From: Lytechinus pictus
Taxonomy: Eukaryota
Length of the DNA: 64,000 bases
Assembly: GCF_037042905.1 (NCBI RefSeq)
Contig: NC_087251.1
Span: forward strand, 5,024,001-5,088,000
Reading direction: 5' to 3'
Position numbers and translations under genes: made by a program. Below the pieces are notes generated by a model. That model had not been told where the DNA came from. It worked only from the letters and a program-made list of their open reading frames with translations, and searched no databases. Each line of letters begins with the position of its first letter. The stretch's first letter is position 1. Positions 24,907 to 37,814 of the stretch are shown here, one piece after another.

Positions 24907-26896
24907 TAATGCAATTTGTATTCGTCTGTAGCTTATTCAAGTAAAGCTTTCACTGCTCCCAGATAGTATGACTCGCATAGCAGATATACTTTTTTTTCAC
25001 ATTTCGTAGTCAACGTTAGTATTCAGTATAGACCTATGTCTTTACAATTGTAATATGTTGAGGTTTAGCTCGCGCAGCTCTCACATTGGGCGTTCATTAA
25101 TGATGAGAAATTTAAGTTCAAATAAGATTTACTCTGTCAACATAAATATCAGTAGTAGAAAAATCAAATATTGAACAATACTACTAAACCAACACGGCCA
25201 ATATTTTATCAAAATATATACACAAGCTAAGAATAAACCCTGCCTTGTATTCACTATATCGGAACAAAACAAACTAATAAATCAACATCGGAAGAAATAT
25301 CAACAGTGGGAGAAATATCAACAGATTACGACGAGCAAATTGATTTGAGTCAAATATTGAATGATGGTATTAGAATTGATACAAAATCGACACCTGTATA
25401 GTGATCTTCAAATATTGTTGTTAGCCCACAGATGTCAGGGGGGCATCTACGGGTGAGAGGAGGAGAAAACACGCCAGCTCGTCTGGGCTCGTGTCACTTG
25501 TTGACTGATCGTACAACTATGAAATGAATGGTATATTGGTTTATGCAGATGAAGATAAATATACTTGGTAGTCGAGAACAAATACTACAAGATGGCTGAC
25601 AAGTGTGTCGAAGATTCTTATTTACATTTGTCATCCTTCCGGTTAAATGATAATGGGAGAAAATGTTAATGACCCGTACCGTATATTGGAAACTAATATA
25701 TGAACAAGGAACTTGTAGAATCCGCATCCGTATCACGGCGTATATTAGAAACGGAAGCCATTACAAAATTATATTCAATATCTTTGTAAGATTGCGTGTC
25801 TTTATTCGTTATATATGTAGGAAATAAAATTTGATTTTTGTTTTCGATACGGAGCTTGTTATTTTGGTGCCTTTTTTTGAGTGAGACAACAAAACGATTA
25901 TCGTTCATGCTCTACTCCCAAAGGAGAAAGAATGTCTGCGCCAATGTGTCTCGATCATGTTTCGTATGAAACTCGACGTTTTCTATGGATTTAAAGAAAC
26001 AATTAGGTGTCGTTTCAAGGTGCTTTTCCTCAACCAAAGAGAGTACTTGCTTAATGGTGGGAAATGTCGCGTTACAAAGTTATTATGATTGACCTATATC
26101 TCATTTATGACTTGTGATTTTATTTTTCAAAGCGTCAAGTCGAACAGGACTTTTATCAGAGGAGTGGATACTTCATGCAGAGAAGAATATTGAGTTTCAA
26201 TGCAGTTACGACAATGGCTGGATAGGGAGGATACCTCCACTTTAACATAAACCGTGAGTGGGTGTATTTTGGGTTTTCATTGGTGCAGTATACCCTGATA
26301 TCGTGTTAACTACAGTTAAGAACAGGCTCAGTTAATTATTCTGTCATATCAATCACTCAAAATAAAAAGAGAGGATAACAGGCTTTGAACAGTTCCATGA
26401 TATCTTAGTGTGTCTTAATCGCCCAGTATTTCTTCAATAAAGATCGCGAAAAATGGCACATGATTATTAGTTAGGGAGACGGATGCACAAAGGGCTCCTA
26501 TGTCTAAAAGAAATCTATGAATGAAATCTAGTCAGGTTAATCAATCTACCGTCTCTTACTGGAGTTACGTACCCTTTACCCGTCTTTCATACACCATTGA
26601 GACATGACACTGAAAAGTACAGTATACCTAGAGCATGCAGGTTCTATGAATGTATTTGAGATAAAACGTTTTGAGCCAGTTTGTGTGTGAAAAGTGGAAT
26701 GATGGATTAGTTGTTTACATTACAGAACAAATGGATGTTATATAAAAAGGTGTCACTGTGGTTTGTGGCACAAATCATAGAGATGTTTCAAACTTTGATT
26801 GTCTCTTCCATATTCAGATATGCAGAAGCATCCATACTGATATTTCCAGTGAAAGACGGTCTAGTGTATAGATGAATAATATATACATATACAAAT

Positions 26897-26906
26897 ACAC
26901 ACACAC

Positions 26907-26963
<57 letters not shown>

Positions 26964-27156
26964 CACCGGCGTTCAAAGCTGGGGGCCCGGGTTCGATTCC
27001 CGGCAGAGACATTTTTTCGGCATCACCAATTTTTCCAAAGGGTAGATAGCTCTGGGGAACCTTGATTTAAGCTACGCCTACCATTGTTCTCTTCATCCAT
27101 TTCTTTACAATATTTAAATAAAAGAGTTACCAAAACTGTTGTACATGTATAACATT

Positions 27157-27229
<73 letters not shown>

Positions 27230-27230
27230 G
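26897..27230 (+). repeat. (CA)n/(TA)n microsatellite interrupted by a 5'-less tRNA-like/SINE unit at 26961-about 27155
   Basis: Long (TA)n tracts on both sides. The insert has an anticodon arm, a T arm CCGGG-TTCGATT-CCCGG, a 3' acceptor strand and T6. Confidence 0.75.
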
Positions 27231-29516
27231 GGGTGTATGCATGTATGTATAGAATAAGAAAAATAGGCAAGAAGGTGAAACACAAAGTAAAAGATGACAT
27301 ATTATTATCTAAGCATTATGTCAAAATATAGACAAAATTAGATTTTTATTTTAACAAGGTTAAAATAAAATATTCGCTTCTTCAAGACTTGATGATATGA
27401 TAAAATGAAATAAAATGTTCAAACTTATGGGATCATGCATTATGTCTAACATATGCGATCTAACTTTTGTTTTGAACGTCTGGAAAACGAAAAATGAGAG
27501 GATTTAATAATAATTTATCGATAAATGAATAGTAAAGGTGATGGGGTGGCACTATTGTTTGACAGAAGACCCGGACCTTTCCTTCTCTTTCTCATTTATT
27601 CTATTTTCTTTTATTTTTTTATCCCTTTTTTCTTATTTTCCCCTTTTCACTACATTATTTTGGGGTATCATGAAATAACAATTCACTTAATATATATTAT
27701 ATCATCGAAATATTTCTTTGATCCTAGTTTTCATTAAACAGTGATGATTGCTTTTTAGAATTTGTTTGACCCTACGGAAAAATATATCAGTACTATACAT
27801 AATTTATATGTCCTAACAAAATATAGAACTAAAACGTCCATCAAAGTATTCAGTTGGAGTGTGATGAGCATTTTTTATAGTTTATTCATCCCTACTTCTT
27901 AAAGAGGAATGTGCTATATTGAACATATTGAATGAGATTTGATGTTAAAGACTTTGGCGTTCGCGAAGGTTTTTTAGCAGGTGAATACAAGTGTCACATC
28001 TGATAAAATCGTTAAAATTTCACCCTTTACTTAGGGCTCACAATTCTTTCCATTCATCACTCACCCTCAATTTCAAAATCTTATCAGACTCTTTAGATAA
28101 AAATATAGACCTGCTTTACTCAAACTTTCGTATATATCAAAACAATAAAACACAGATTTGTCTGCTGGAAGTATAATCTTAACCCATGTTGGTAGCACAA
28201 CTTGATGGGGGATATTCTAGAAGGTGCCTGGAGTCGTTCTATATTCTCTTGTAACGAACATCCATTACCCCTTTCACTCGAATGCTGCTGAAGGAATAAC
28301 AGTCAAAGAGATCGTGACATCTAAAAATGCGTCCATACCATTCAATTTATTTAATCTGGAAACATGGACAGTTAAAGTTAGTGAGGATACTATGATTAAA
28401 CAGAACCAGGGCCGACTTTTAACGTCACCATCCGAAAGACGTGACCAGAGCTGGAAACTCGAACCTCTGTATATGTACAGGCGCACGCCACCACGCAGTT
28501 TTTCATTGTCTTAGTAACTTTGGATTTTTGTTTCATTCAGGTTAATACATGTAACTTTTTTACAGTATAGGATAATGCAAATGTAGTCATCTGATTACAT
28601 TTTCTGACTATTAAATTTGCCAAACATTTTGAGGTCTATGTTCAATACTCAAATGATAATGTTAAAAATCACCACACTCCTCCTGATCCCATTCCACAAT
28701 GAAGTAATGGAAAGGGGGTAATAATATGTATGAACGCACCCTATAGCCTCTTGACTTGCAATAAGCATGGATCAAGACATCATCCAAATCTATGTGATGA
28801 CTCTGTTTTGTGGTTGTTGGCATATTTCCGGGACCATTTCCCGTCTTGGCACCCTTCTCGTGTCCATAAGTCCACTCCTGATTCCAAGAGCATCTATTAC
28901 ACCACCGAGATGATGCGATCCTTCATCATCTCATTGCCGATGAGGGTAAAGAAGCTACAGACAGAGAGAAAGAGGGTGAGAGAAAGAGAGAGAGAGGAAG
29001 ATAAGGAGTAGATATGAATTAAAGAAAGAAGACAATGATGATAGAACGTGAAAGAAGGAGGGAGAAATGTATATCAAGCGAAAGGGGCGATGTATGTGCA
29101 GTAAGTGAGGGGTATGAGGGGAGAGTTATGAAAAGAGAAAGTGAAAATAGTGAGATGGAGGAGAGAGAGGGTGGAAAAAAGAGGGATGTTGAGAGCATGG
29201 AAACGCCTCCACTCTGCTCAATTCCAAACCATTTAGAAACCCCTGTAGCAGTATTTCACACTTAATATCCGTTTGATTTGAGATTAATCGAGGGGGGCAA
29301 GCATCCTGCTTGTACTCCTACCATCTATCTCGTTAGGGATTCATTCACCACTGTTCATTGGCCATTCCGCATCACCCACCCAGCTAGACATTTTGGAGCG
29401 AACAATTGTATAACTGTGAATCAGCATGCAAATGCTTTTCGCGTTTGTTTCATTTCAAAATTGGTATATTGAGAGAGTTGTGCTCTTCCGAATTGAATTG
29501 AACGGAACTATAAATT

Positions 29517-29697
29517 CTGGTGGGTGTTTCATAAAGCTGTTAAGAGCGCCTTTAAGAACAACTGGTAAACCTGTCTTATGCGCTAAATAATCACCAAATG
29601 AACATTTAATGGCGAGTATCATGTACCACAAGAAAGGATCACCATTCGTTCTTAAAGTAGCTCTCAACTTACGAACAGATTTATGAGACGCCCCCAG
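29517..29697. mobile_element. Short palindromic MITE, PIF/Harbinger-like
   Basis: CTG|GTGGGTGTTTCATAAAGCTGTT..AGAGCGCCTTTAAGAAC is inverted against GTTCTTAAAGTAGCTCT...AACAGATTTATGAGACGCCCC|CAG, with CWG-type flanks. Confidence 0.7.
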
Positions 29698-29866
29698 AAC
29701 TAGGATTAAGCTTAATTTGGAGTCTATATAGTTTTGATTTAGCTATGAAAATCCGAACGTGCATAGATCTCTAAATTTTTGAGTTTTGGATATTCATAAC
29801 AGTCTTTACAGGTTAATTTTTAGAACATCGAAATTCATAAAGTTGAAATCCACCCATTACTAACAT

Positions 29867-30132
29867 GGGGGTCGGCGTGGTATAGTGGTTACGATTCTCG
29901 TCTTTCAATCAGAAGGACGTGGGTTCAAATCCCAGCCATGGCGTGTTTTTCTTCAGCAAGAAATTTACCCACATTGTGCTGCGCTCAACTCAGGTGAGGT
30001 GAATGGGTACCCGGCAGGATTAATTCCTTGATGCACCAAGCGCCTTTAGCAGCTGGGTATTATAGTGCGCCTTTGAATAGGCAACTAGATAAATCGGCGC
30101 CTCATAAATGCTATATATTATGAGTAGTAGTA
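29867..30132 (+). mobile_element. tRNA-derived SINE with conserved central domain and L2-type tail
   Basis: A box TGGTATAGTGG (29878), B box GGTTCAAATCC (29922), central CTTCAGCAAG...CAGGTGAGGTGAATGGGTACCCGGCA resembling the core of widespread invertebrate SINEs, and tail GCGCCTTTGA...GGCGCCTCATAAATG...(TAG)n. Confidence 0.8.
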
Positions 30133-31348
30133 CTTAGAACGTTGTGTGAATGCAAATTCCTTGAAAGTTTATATATTTATTATGATCATCGTGATGACAG
30201 TGAGAGTATCACAATCCCATGGCAACATGATAACAATAACTCATCTTTGTTAAAAAAATGTACCCAAGATTTCTCAGCAGTGCCGAACACCTGGTAAATT
30301 ATTTTCTTGTTTCCGTGCAGATGTTAATGAATACAAAAATAAGATGCGACTTCAACACTTTAAAAAGTCCTCATAACATGTTACCCAATCAATAATAATA
30401 ATGCTCTCCTTTCGCATAAAGCATTTGAATCATTCACAACACGCAATACCCCCGACATTCATTATTAATTACACGTCCCGTAATTACACAGAGTAGGCAT
30501 GTATGCAGGCAGGCACAGACTGTATTAAGCTGATATAATAAAAGAAAGAAACCCTGGCACTCTTGGTCAGCTTTTGTATGGACAGCAGTATCCTCTATAT
30601 ATTCTTCTTCTTCTTTGTTATTACGTAATTCTCGTATTGAGCGTCTTTGTTTCCCTTTAACTCTCACCTGGATTTCTTTACATCAAACCGGAATAATGGA
30701 CTTTTAAGTTGCCGGCAGAAGTAGAAGAGGAAGTTGAGGGATGGAAAGAAAGAAAAATGATGATAAAATGACTTGTGACGAGATTATATAGGCTTCTAAT
30801 ACTAAAGGTCTCGATAAAAATATCGAGACAGTTGACCTGGTTGGTGACGAATTTATCCGCATATTTTGATACTCGAACAATTAGAAAAATGTTAGGAAAT
30901 TACAATTGTATATTATTTCACAATCAAAATTTACACGTATGCAGTAATCAAAAAGAAATATACCTCTCTAAACAAAGTTTTAGGGGTAATGTTATGAACA
31001 TACCCGGTTAAACAACATACATGCTGTTTTATTTTGTCTTCTCAATATATTACAAAGACATTTTCCACTGAAGTTGTAAAGTAACATAATAGCCAGACAT
31101 GACACAATTCGACCATGACCATGATGACTTAAATTATGTATATATAACGAGCCTCGTCACAGCCACACCAAGAAAACCGAATGTAAAGAGATAAAACAAA
31201 ACTGTGACTTTATTCCGAATAAGATATATCGTCATTCGGTTTGGAGTTATAGCTTCGTTGGTGTGACTGATGTGTTTCTCTGTAAACTCTATAAACATCG
31301 ATTTCATGCAGCCTTTGAAACATGATTAATTCTGAATATTCATATCTT

Positions 31349-31622
31349 CAGGGGCGGATCCAGGATTTTCCAAAAGGGAAGCACACTTTCCCGATAAAAA
31401 AAATTGACAAGCAAAAAAAAAAGTTTTTCAACAAAAAATAAGGACATTTTGTCCACGAAAACATTTGACAAGCAAAAAAAAAGGTCTTCACTTTCAAAAA
31501 GGGTGAGGGGCACACTTCTGTTTTAACGGCATTTTTACATTACAAATTTTAAATGTGCCTCTCAAGGGGGGCGACGCGGGCCGGCTTTGCCCCCCCCCCC
31601 CCCCCCGATGGATCCGCCATTA
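31349..31622 (+). mobile_element. hAT-like MITE (274 bp)
   Basis: Ends CAGGGGCGGATCC and GGATCCGCCATTA, with a perfect 8-bp TSD CATATCTT (31341-31348 and 31623-31630). Confidence 0.88.
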
Positions 31623-34600
31623 CATATCTTCATCATATCACTAAGCGGAACGGGACTCCCCAAATTCATTCTTCTTCTCATTCATACACACGCGACCTTG
31701 ACATGAAAAATGGAGTGAAAATCGAATTCAATTGACTACCAAGAGTATGAAATGGATGGATCTTCTTCTCGAGAAAGTGCAGAAGGGCGAAGGTGAAGAA
31801 AATCTCTTGGGTAATCAGTGCGAAACATTAGTCAGCCCTAACAATCTCTTACCCATGGTTGTGTTGATAACACGGCGGTTTGGGCGCCACATTTTGGCTA
31901 TTTGAATGCTGTACACTCAATGAAGATTCGAACGATGAGTGTGAAATAATAGCACAAGTTGCGTATGTGTATGCCTATCAATGGTCCGGAAAATAAAAAC
32001 CTTGGTACATGCAATTGGATTTTATTTGATTATAGTTCTGACAACTGTTCTGAATGAGATTCGGTTTTGACGCCACTTTGTGTGGCTTCAATGCCACATA
32101 CACATTGATGAGGCGGACGACAGCCTGTATGCGCTAGTGTCCGCCAAGTACAAGCCTTCATACTTATACATGTAGTTGGTTCTTCTTAGATTTTGGTTCT
32201 GGTAAAGATTTCGGATGAGGGTGTAGACATTCTCAATATTTTGTAGGGCCTTGAAACGTCTTAAAGGCTATAATACTTAGGGGACGTGGCTCCAAATGTC
32301 TTCTCTTTGTAGTAATGTAATTCCGGTTGGGGCAATTATTGTGTATAGGGGAAAATTCTTCTAGATTCACACGTTTTATGCATGGTAGATGAAGACTGTG
32401 AAGGTATCAGACCAATTTCATAGAGTGATTTAGATAACTGTTGATCTAGAATTGATGGATGTAATCCTGATACTTCACATACCTGCTGAGGAGACGTGTA
32501 TACCTTCGTCTAATATGCAAGAATGTGACAAAAATCGATTACTCAAAATGAAAATCGATTTCCCGAATGAGTCCCTGGTGATTTGACCTTTATCTCCTTC
32601 ACCAATCCATAATAGTCGTTGCTCACTTGGTACAAAATCACCACGTTTCTTTCATCCATATTTCCATACTCGTCTTTGCAGGATGTTGCGTATTTTGTAC
32701 CTAATCTTAGTGATTGTTTCCTAATTTTTCCCATTCTTACAATTTTTCTTGTTTTTATTTGTAATTATCTTTAAAAATAATTGATATATTGATTATAATT
32801 TATATATATATATATATATTGTTTTATTTATTCATTTATTTATCTTTTGTGGGGTGGAAGACTTCCTCTCCCATCTCCAACTCTCTCTTATTATATATAC
32901 ATTCCTCCCTCCTCACTCTCTCTCGCTCTCTCCCCAATATACCACCGCTATACTCCCCTTCACCTTTCAAAATTATTTAATACATTCATATTTATTTATT
33001 CAGTTATTCGGACTTGAAGGAATTTGTGTAAGGTGGGTTTTTCCTCACCATGCACGTTTATCAACAATAAAACATTTCTTATTTGCAGTAGCATTGATCA
33101 ATAATATTATTCACCACATAAGTATGAAACATTCAGCTTTCAAGTTAACCTATACTTACAAACTCTACTGTTTCTGATATATTCGTATTTACATCATATT
33201 TTTTAAACCGATTTCCAATACTTTACCAATATTTTCCTTTCGATGTATCCATCCACCTTTTTCACTTTGTCTTGTCGATATCTTTGTCTTCTGTCCACTT
33301 TCAAGTTCTTGTCAATCACGTCTAGCTTTTTGATTATTCACATTTTATTTACTCTCATTTTTCAACATTACTTACATTTTAGTATTCGTTTTTTTGTTAT
33401 TATTTCATTATTTCCATATTCTTATGAGCTGTGTTTATTGTTTTGAGACATGATGATTGGAATTCAATAGGACTTGAGTGAAAAGAGCGAACGATTTTAG
33501 AGCTGTCTTGTGTCCATTGTGCTTTAATTAGTCTGCAATTAGTTGTCAAGACGTCATTATTGTTCGATATAATGGTGGGATGTCATAATAGCTTTATAAA
33601 GGCACGGACACCGTTATTAGTTCTTTGTTGCAGTGTCCGTTAAGGTGTTAATATGATGACTGTCACTCATAGCTTTCTTCAATGGAAACTCCAATGAGAT
33701 TAAACAAGTGAAGATGTGTTTGGCGGTCGGCTCGGGGCATTAGCGACACAGTAAGGCACAGGTGTGTGTGCGTCAAAGCATCTTCAATAATGCGATGCTT
33801 CACTCGGCTTAGTTTTACCTCTAGGCCTTTTATTTTGCTAAGAAAGTGATGAAAACGGCTATCCCTTGGCCAGGCATGCTCCCATCGTAAGTCCTGAGAA
33901 CGAGGGTAAAAGCTTTTTGTCTCATTAAAACTTGTTCAACTCGAGGGGTATTCTTTTCTTGGCTACAGTTCACAGCCGTAGATTATGTTAAAGGTGTGCG
34001 TGTGGGTGCAAGCTTTGAAAGTAAAAACGCAGAAATCTTCAGCCGAAAGTCCGAGTTTTTAAAACTGGCGCGCATCCTTGTTTAATCCCCTGTGGCAGAC
34101 GACATAGTAAACTTTAGTGTTTGCTAACATTCACTCAAGCACGGGTTATTTGCAAGTGACAACATACTAGCAGTCAATCACAGCCCTACCCCGTTTAGAA
34201 AGTCTCAGGAGTCTTGTGTACATCTCCCATTCTGCCCCTGTTTGCTAACGCATGCTGGTAAATGATCGGCAAATAGGTTTGTTTGACGAACCTTTCAGCT
34301 CAGTATCAAATCGTCAACATCGTAACTTATCGCCTCTCTTTACCAGAATACTGATACACTTCAACGTCCGACAAATTTAGATTTTTCTGTGGGGGGGGGG
34401 GGGGGTTACCAAGATAATGCTATGGTCAGTGTTACAACCATGTCCATTTTAGATCAGCGTCTTTACTGCCTTGCCTGTGATCATTTCCACAGACTTTATG
34501 TACCAAGTCATTTACCATTTATAATCATATCCTTTGTATACATTGAACAGATCTATTACATTTGCTGTTTGTTCATTTATTTCTTTATGAATTGTGTTTT

Positions 34601-36931
34601 ATCTGTATATCAACCATCATCCGAACGTTTGAGTGAAATTAAGACAAGAAAACGCAGCTATATATGTGTTTTATGCATATTTATCAGTCATATCGTTTTA
34701 TGCTTATAAGAGGAGAACTTTGTTTCTCAATCTTTCTTTGTGTCAAACGTTATATTTTCACACAGAATACTTTCAAACCAGCTGCCATGGTTACAGATGA
34801 TAGAACTTGTAGCCATTTTGGGTATTTTTAATCGAAATGTGATGAAGAGTTTATCATGGAGATGTATGACTTGAAAGATACAGTATAAACGTTGGCATAA
34901 CCCGAGGCTAAATTTTGATGATGACATGGGCTCTACATCAACTAACAAAGATTTATTTGAGATCATGGAGAATTGACTGGTCGAGATGTCGAGCTACCTG
35001 CCAGAAATGAGACGACATCGATATCATTGCCCTGTGATTCGGTATCGAAATGAATATTAGATTTCACAAATCACTGCAGGCTAATTTGACTAATAATGGA
35101 CGGAAACTTCACGTAATATTCACTGAAGAAAGGAGAGGGGGAGAAGACGACTAAAACTCATTCTTACCCCTTCTCCTTTTCCCTCGCGTTGCTCACACTT
35201 CTACGAGAGCTTTGTGTAAAAGGATGCTGTAAAGCATGTGTGGTATTGATCTCGAGTTGTACATTTTGTCTGATGCCATTGATATCAAGCGAGCCATCAA
35301 AGCTTTTTACTGCAGCAGCGTCCTAAGAAGGAAGCTTGGGGAAGAGCGAGCAGAAAGAAACCCCCTTTTCTCGCCATATCTCATTTTTCCCCCATTCCCA
35401 TTTCTCTTTCTTCATAAGATAGCGGCTGCGTTTTCCATCAAGCCCTTCTCTTTCAACCACGATCGAGGCCCTACCAGGACGGCGAGCAGGCGGACCACTT
35501 GCACCGAGGCACCGTGGAGCAGCAGCATTGGGAGGTCGCGTTTCAAATTGCATCTACCAATCGATCGAGAAACAGAGCCATACATATTCATAACCGATTT
35601 GAAGCACTTTGATTCGAATATTTTAACAGTGACACATGTAGCAGGTTTTGAATTAGAGATCCTCCAGGCGTGCCTTTTGCCATTTTTCTCACTGCACCCT
35701 CCCCTATTCTTTAGACCCTTCATTGTCACAATCCTCCTTCTCCCTTCTTTCTTGAGTCTGCCGTAGAGAGCATGGCTCTATTTAACACTTCAACACGACC
35801 ACATGGTATGATGAAGTTATCAAAAAAATCAATGATTTCAGAAAAAATGGAATGAGTCTTGCATCTCTTTTTGATCGCAACGCTCTTCTCTCCGGCAGAA
35901 TATATTTCTTGTTTTCAACTCCATGGAGAATTTTCAAGAATCGTTCTTGCATTATCGATCTTCACAAATCATCTTCTCGCTCCTGCAAAATGCAAGTCTG
36001 TTGCTCCCCTTCACAATTCAACCCAATCCAGTCCTTTTTAACAGTATATAATATAATTGTCTGATACAGGAACACAAATAGCATAATCTTTAATACAAAT
36101 AGAGATTTGTCACTATTTGGGTTGCGATTGTTATAAATGATGGAGTTAGAATAGATAGATCCGTCGCACTTGTTTGATACACAAGCCGTGTTTATTCTTT
36201 CCGCGGGCAATATTCTCAACAATTATGTACCATTATTTGATTGTGAGCCAAGTCATGACCCTTCGCTTTGCCCCATTAGACCTTGGTGAATGGATTGAGA
36301 GAAGGGAAATAATACTTATAAAAATTACACAAAGGTATTATAGTAAAAAGCAAAAGAAAGCAAATGTTGTCAATTAGCCTCCGATTAACGATAACAAAAT
36401 CAACAAAGTCTGACTGAATCTCCACAAGGGGTGCTAACCCCTATATGTTTCGTGGTTCATGCATGGTAATGATTTTCTGTTTTTAGACCGTTCAGTAAGT
36501 GCAAATAGAAGCACTATGCTTAATCAAATACTACAACAAATTAATAATATTTACCCTAAAGCCGTTTAAACAATGATTACATCCGATTATGTTTTCTATT
36601 TGTATGTTTATTCTTAGCTCAATATTGAAAAGAACCGGGTTTTTTTCTTCAAAATAGGCTCCTTTACAGTGTATGGAGATATCAAAGCCTCACATTGTTA
36701 GATAATGATTGGACATCTGTTTCATGTTACTGATATTGTTACATGATGATGATGAGGATGGTGATGAGGATGATTGGTTATGGTGCTGATGACTGATGGC
36801 TGATTTATTGGTAAAATGATTGTAATGATAATATACCATCGTCATAAAATCATGATAATAAATATACAAATGCTAATGATTGCAAAGTATTGCGCTTTAA
36901 TCCTTTTTTAGACTGTTTACACGGAGTCTAT

Positions 36932-37115
36932 AAATAATATTAATAATAATAATAATGATACTACTACTTCTACTACTACTACAACAGCAACTACTACTCC
37001 TACTACTACTACAACTACTACTACTACTAATAATAATGATAATAATGATAAGCAATACTACATATAATTTATAGCGCGCACTTTCGATCTTAATAGATGC
37101 TCAAGACGCTGCTAT
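36932..37115 (-). repeat. (AAT)n/(TAC)n microsatellite, probably the expanded tail of an L2/SINE 3' fragment
   Basis: Trinucleotide tract at 36932-about 37050. The adjacent minus strand reads AGCGTCTTGAG...GCGCGCTATAAAT, resembling the tail of the 29867 SINE. Confidence 0.6.
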
Positions 37116-37178
37116 CACACCCACTTATTAGATAATTATTCACTAAATATTAATCGTATATTGAATGCAGTTTATTAA

Positions 37179-37413
37179 AGGGGTAGTCCAATCTGACATC
37201 AGGTCAAAGCAGATAAAGTAGATAAAAAGGGAGATAAACTATCAACTTCCTAGAAAAAGGCGTTTTATGGATTATATTATCTTAAATGGTAAGCTGCATG
37301 CTCTTCTATGATGTCACAAAATATGAATTCCAGATCTTTCATTATTTCACCGACTCTGGCTATATGTTCTCTCGTTCATCAAGACCAATTTGATGTCAGG
37401 ATGGACTTACCCT
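37179..37413. mobile_element. Short Kolobok-like MITE (235 bp)
   Basis: TTAA|AGGGGTAGTCCAATCTGACATCA ... TGATGTCAGGATGGACTTACCCT|TTAA: a 23-bp imperfect TIR with TTAA TSD. Confidence 0.8.
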
Positions 37414-37762
37414 TTAAGCACTTTAAGACCTCATGATTGGTTGTAACCTTCCCCTTCAAAACTGAACACATTCTGCTGGGCTTTGATGGTGTGTTTTATG
37501 GTGTCCTTAAAATGAAAGGTGGACAAAATAAGAATGAAATGAGGTAGTGTGGTGAGGTTACTTCTCGACTTAATGCCTTGAGGGACAGTTGGTATGATGG
37601 ATGACTAGGGGACAACGATCGCTGTAGTACTGAACTTCTTACTCTTAAACCACTCTTAAATAGAGGGCAAAGTGGAGGGAGAGGAGGGGGGATGAATGTG
37701 AGTGTGTGAGAGGGAATCGGGGAGGAAGAAAGACTGTATAAAGATAAACAAAACGTGAAGAG

Positions 37763-37765
<3 letters not shown>

Positions 37766-37811
<46 letters not shown>
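37766..37811. repeat. (GA)n microsatellite
   Basis: Pure GA dinucleotide run of about 23 units. Confidence 0.95.

Positions 37812-37814
<3 letters not shown>

Noticed and set aside
25424..25450. CTCF-like motif (also CGCAGAGGGCA at about 55055)
   Set aside because: Only partial consensus matches; they cannot be scored without a PWM scan.
35236..35766. 176-aa ORF and overlapping antisense ORFs
   Set aside because: No recognisable domain; the composition follows pyrimidine tracts. Likely chance ORFs.
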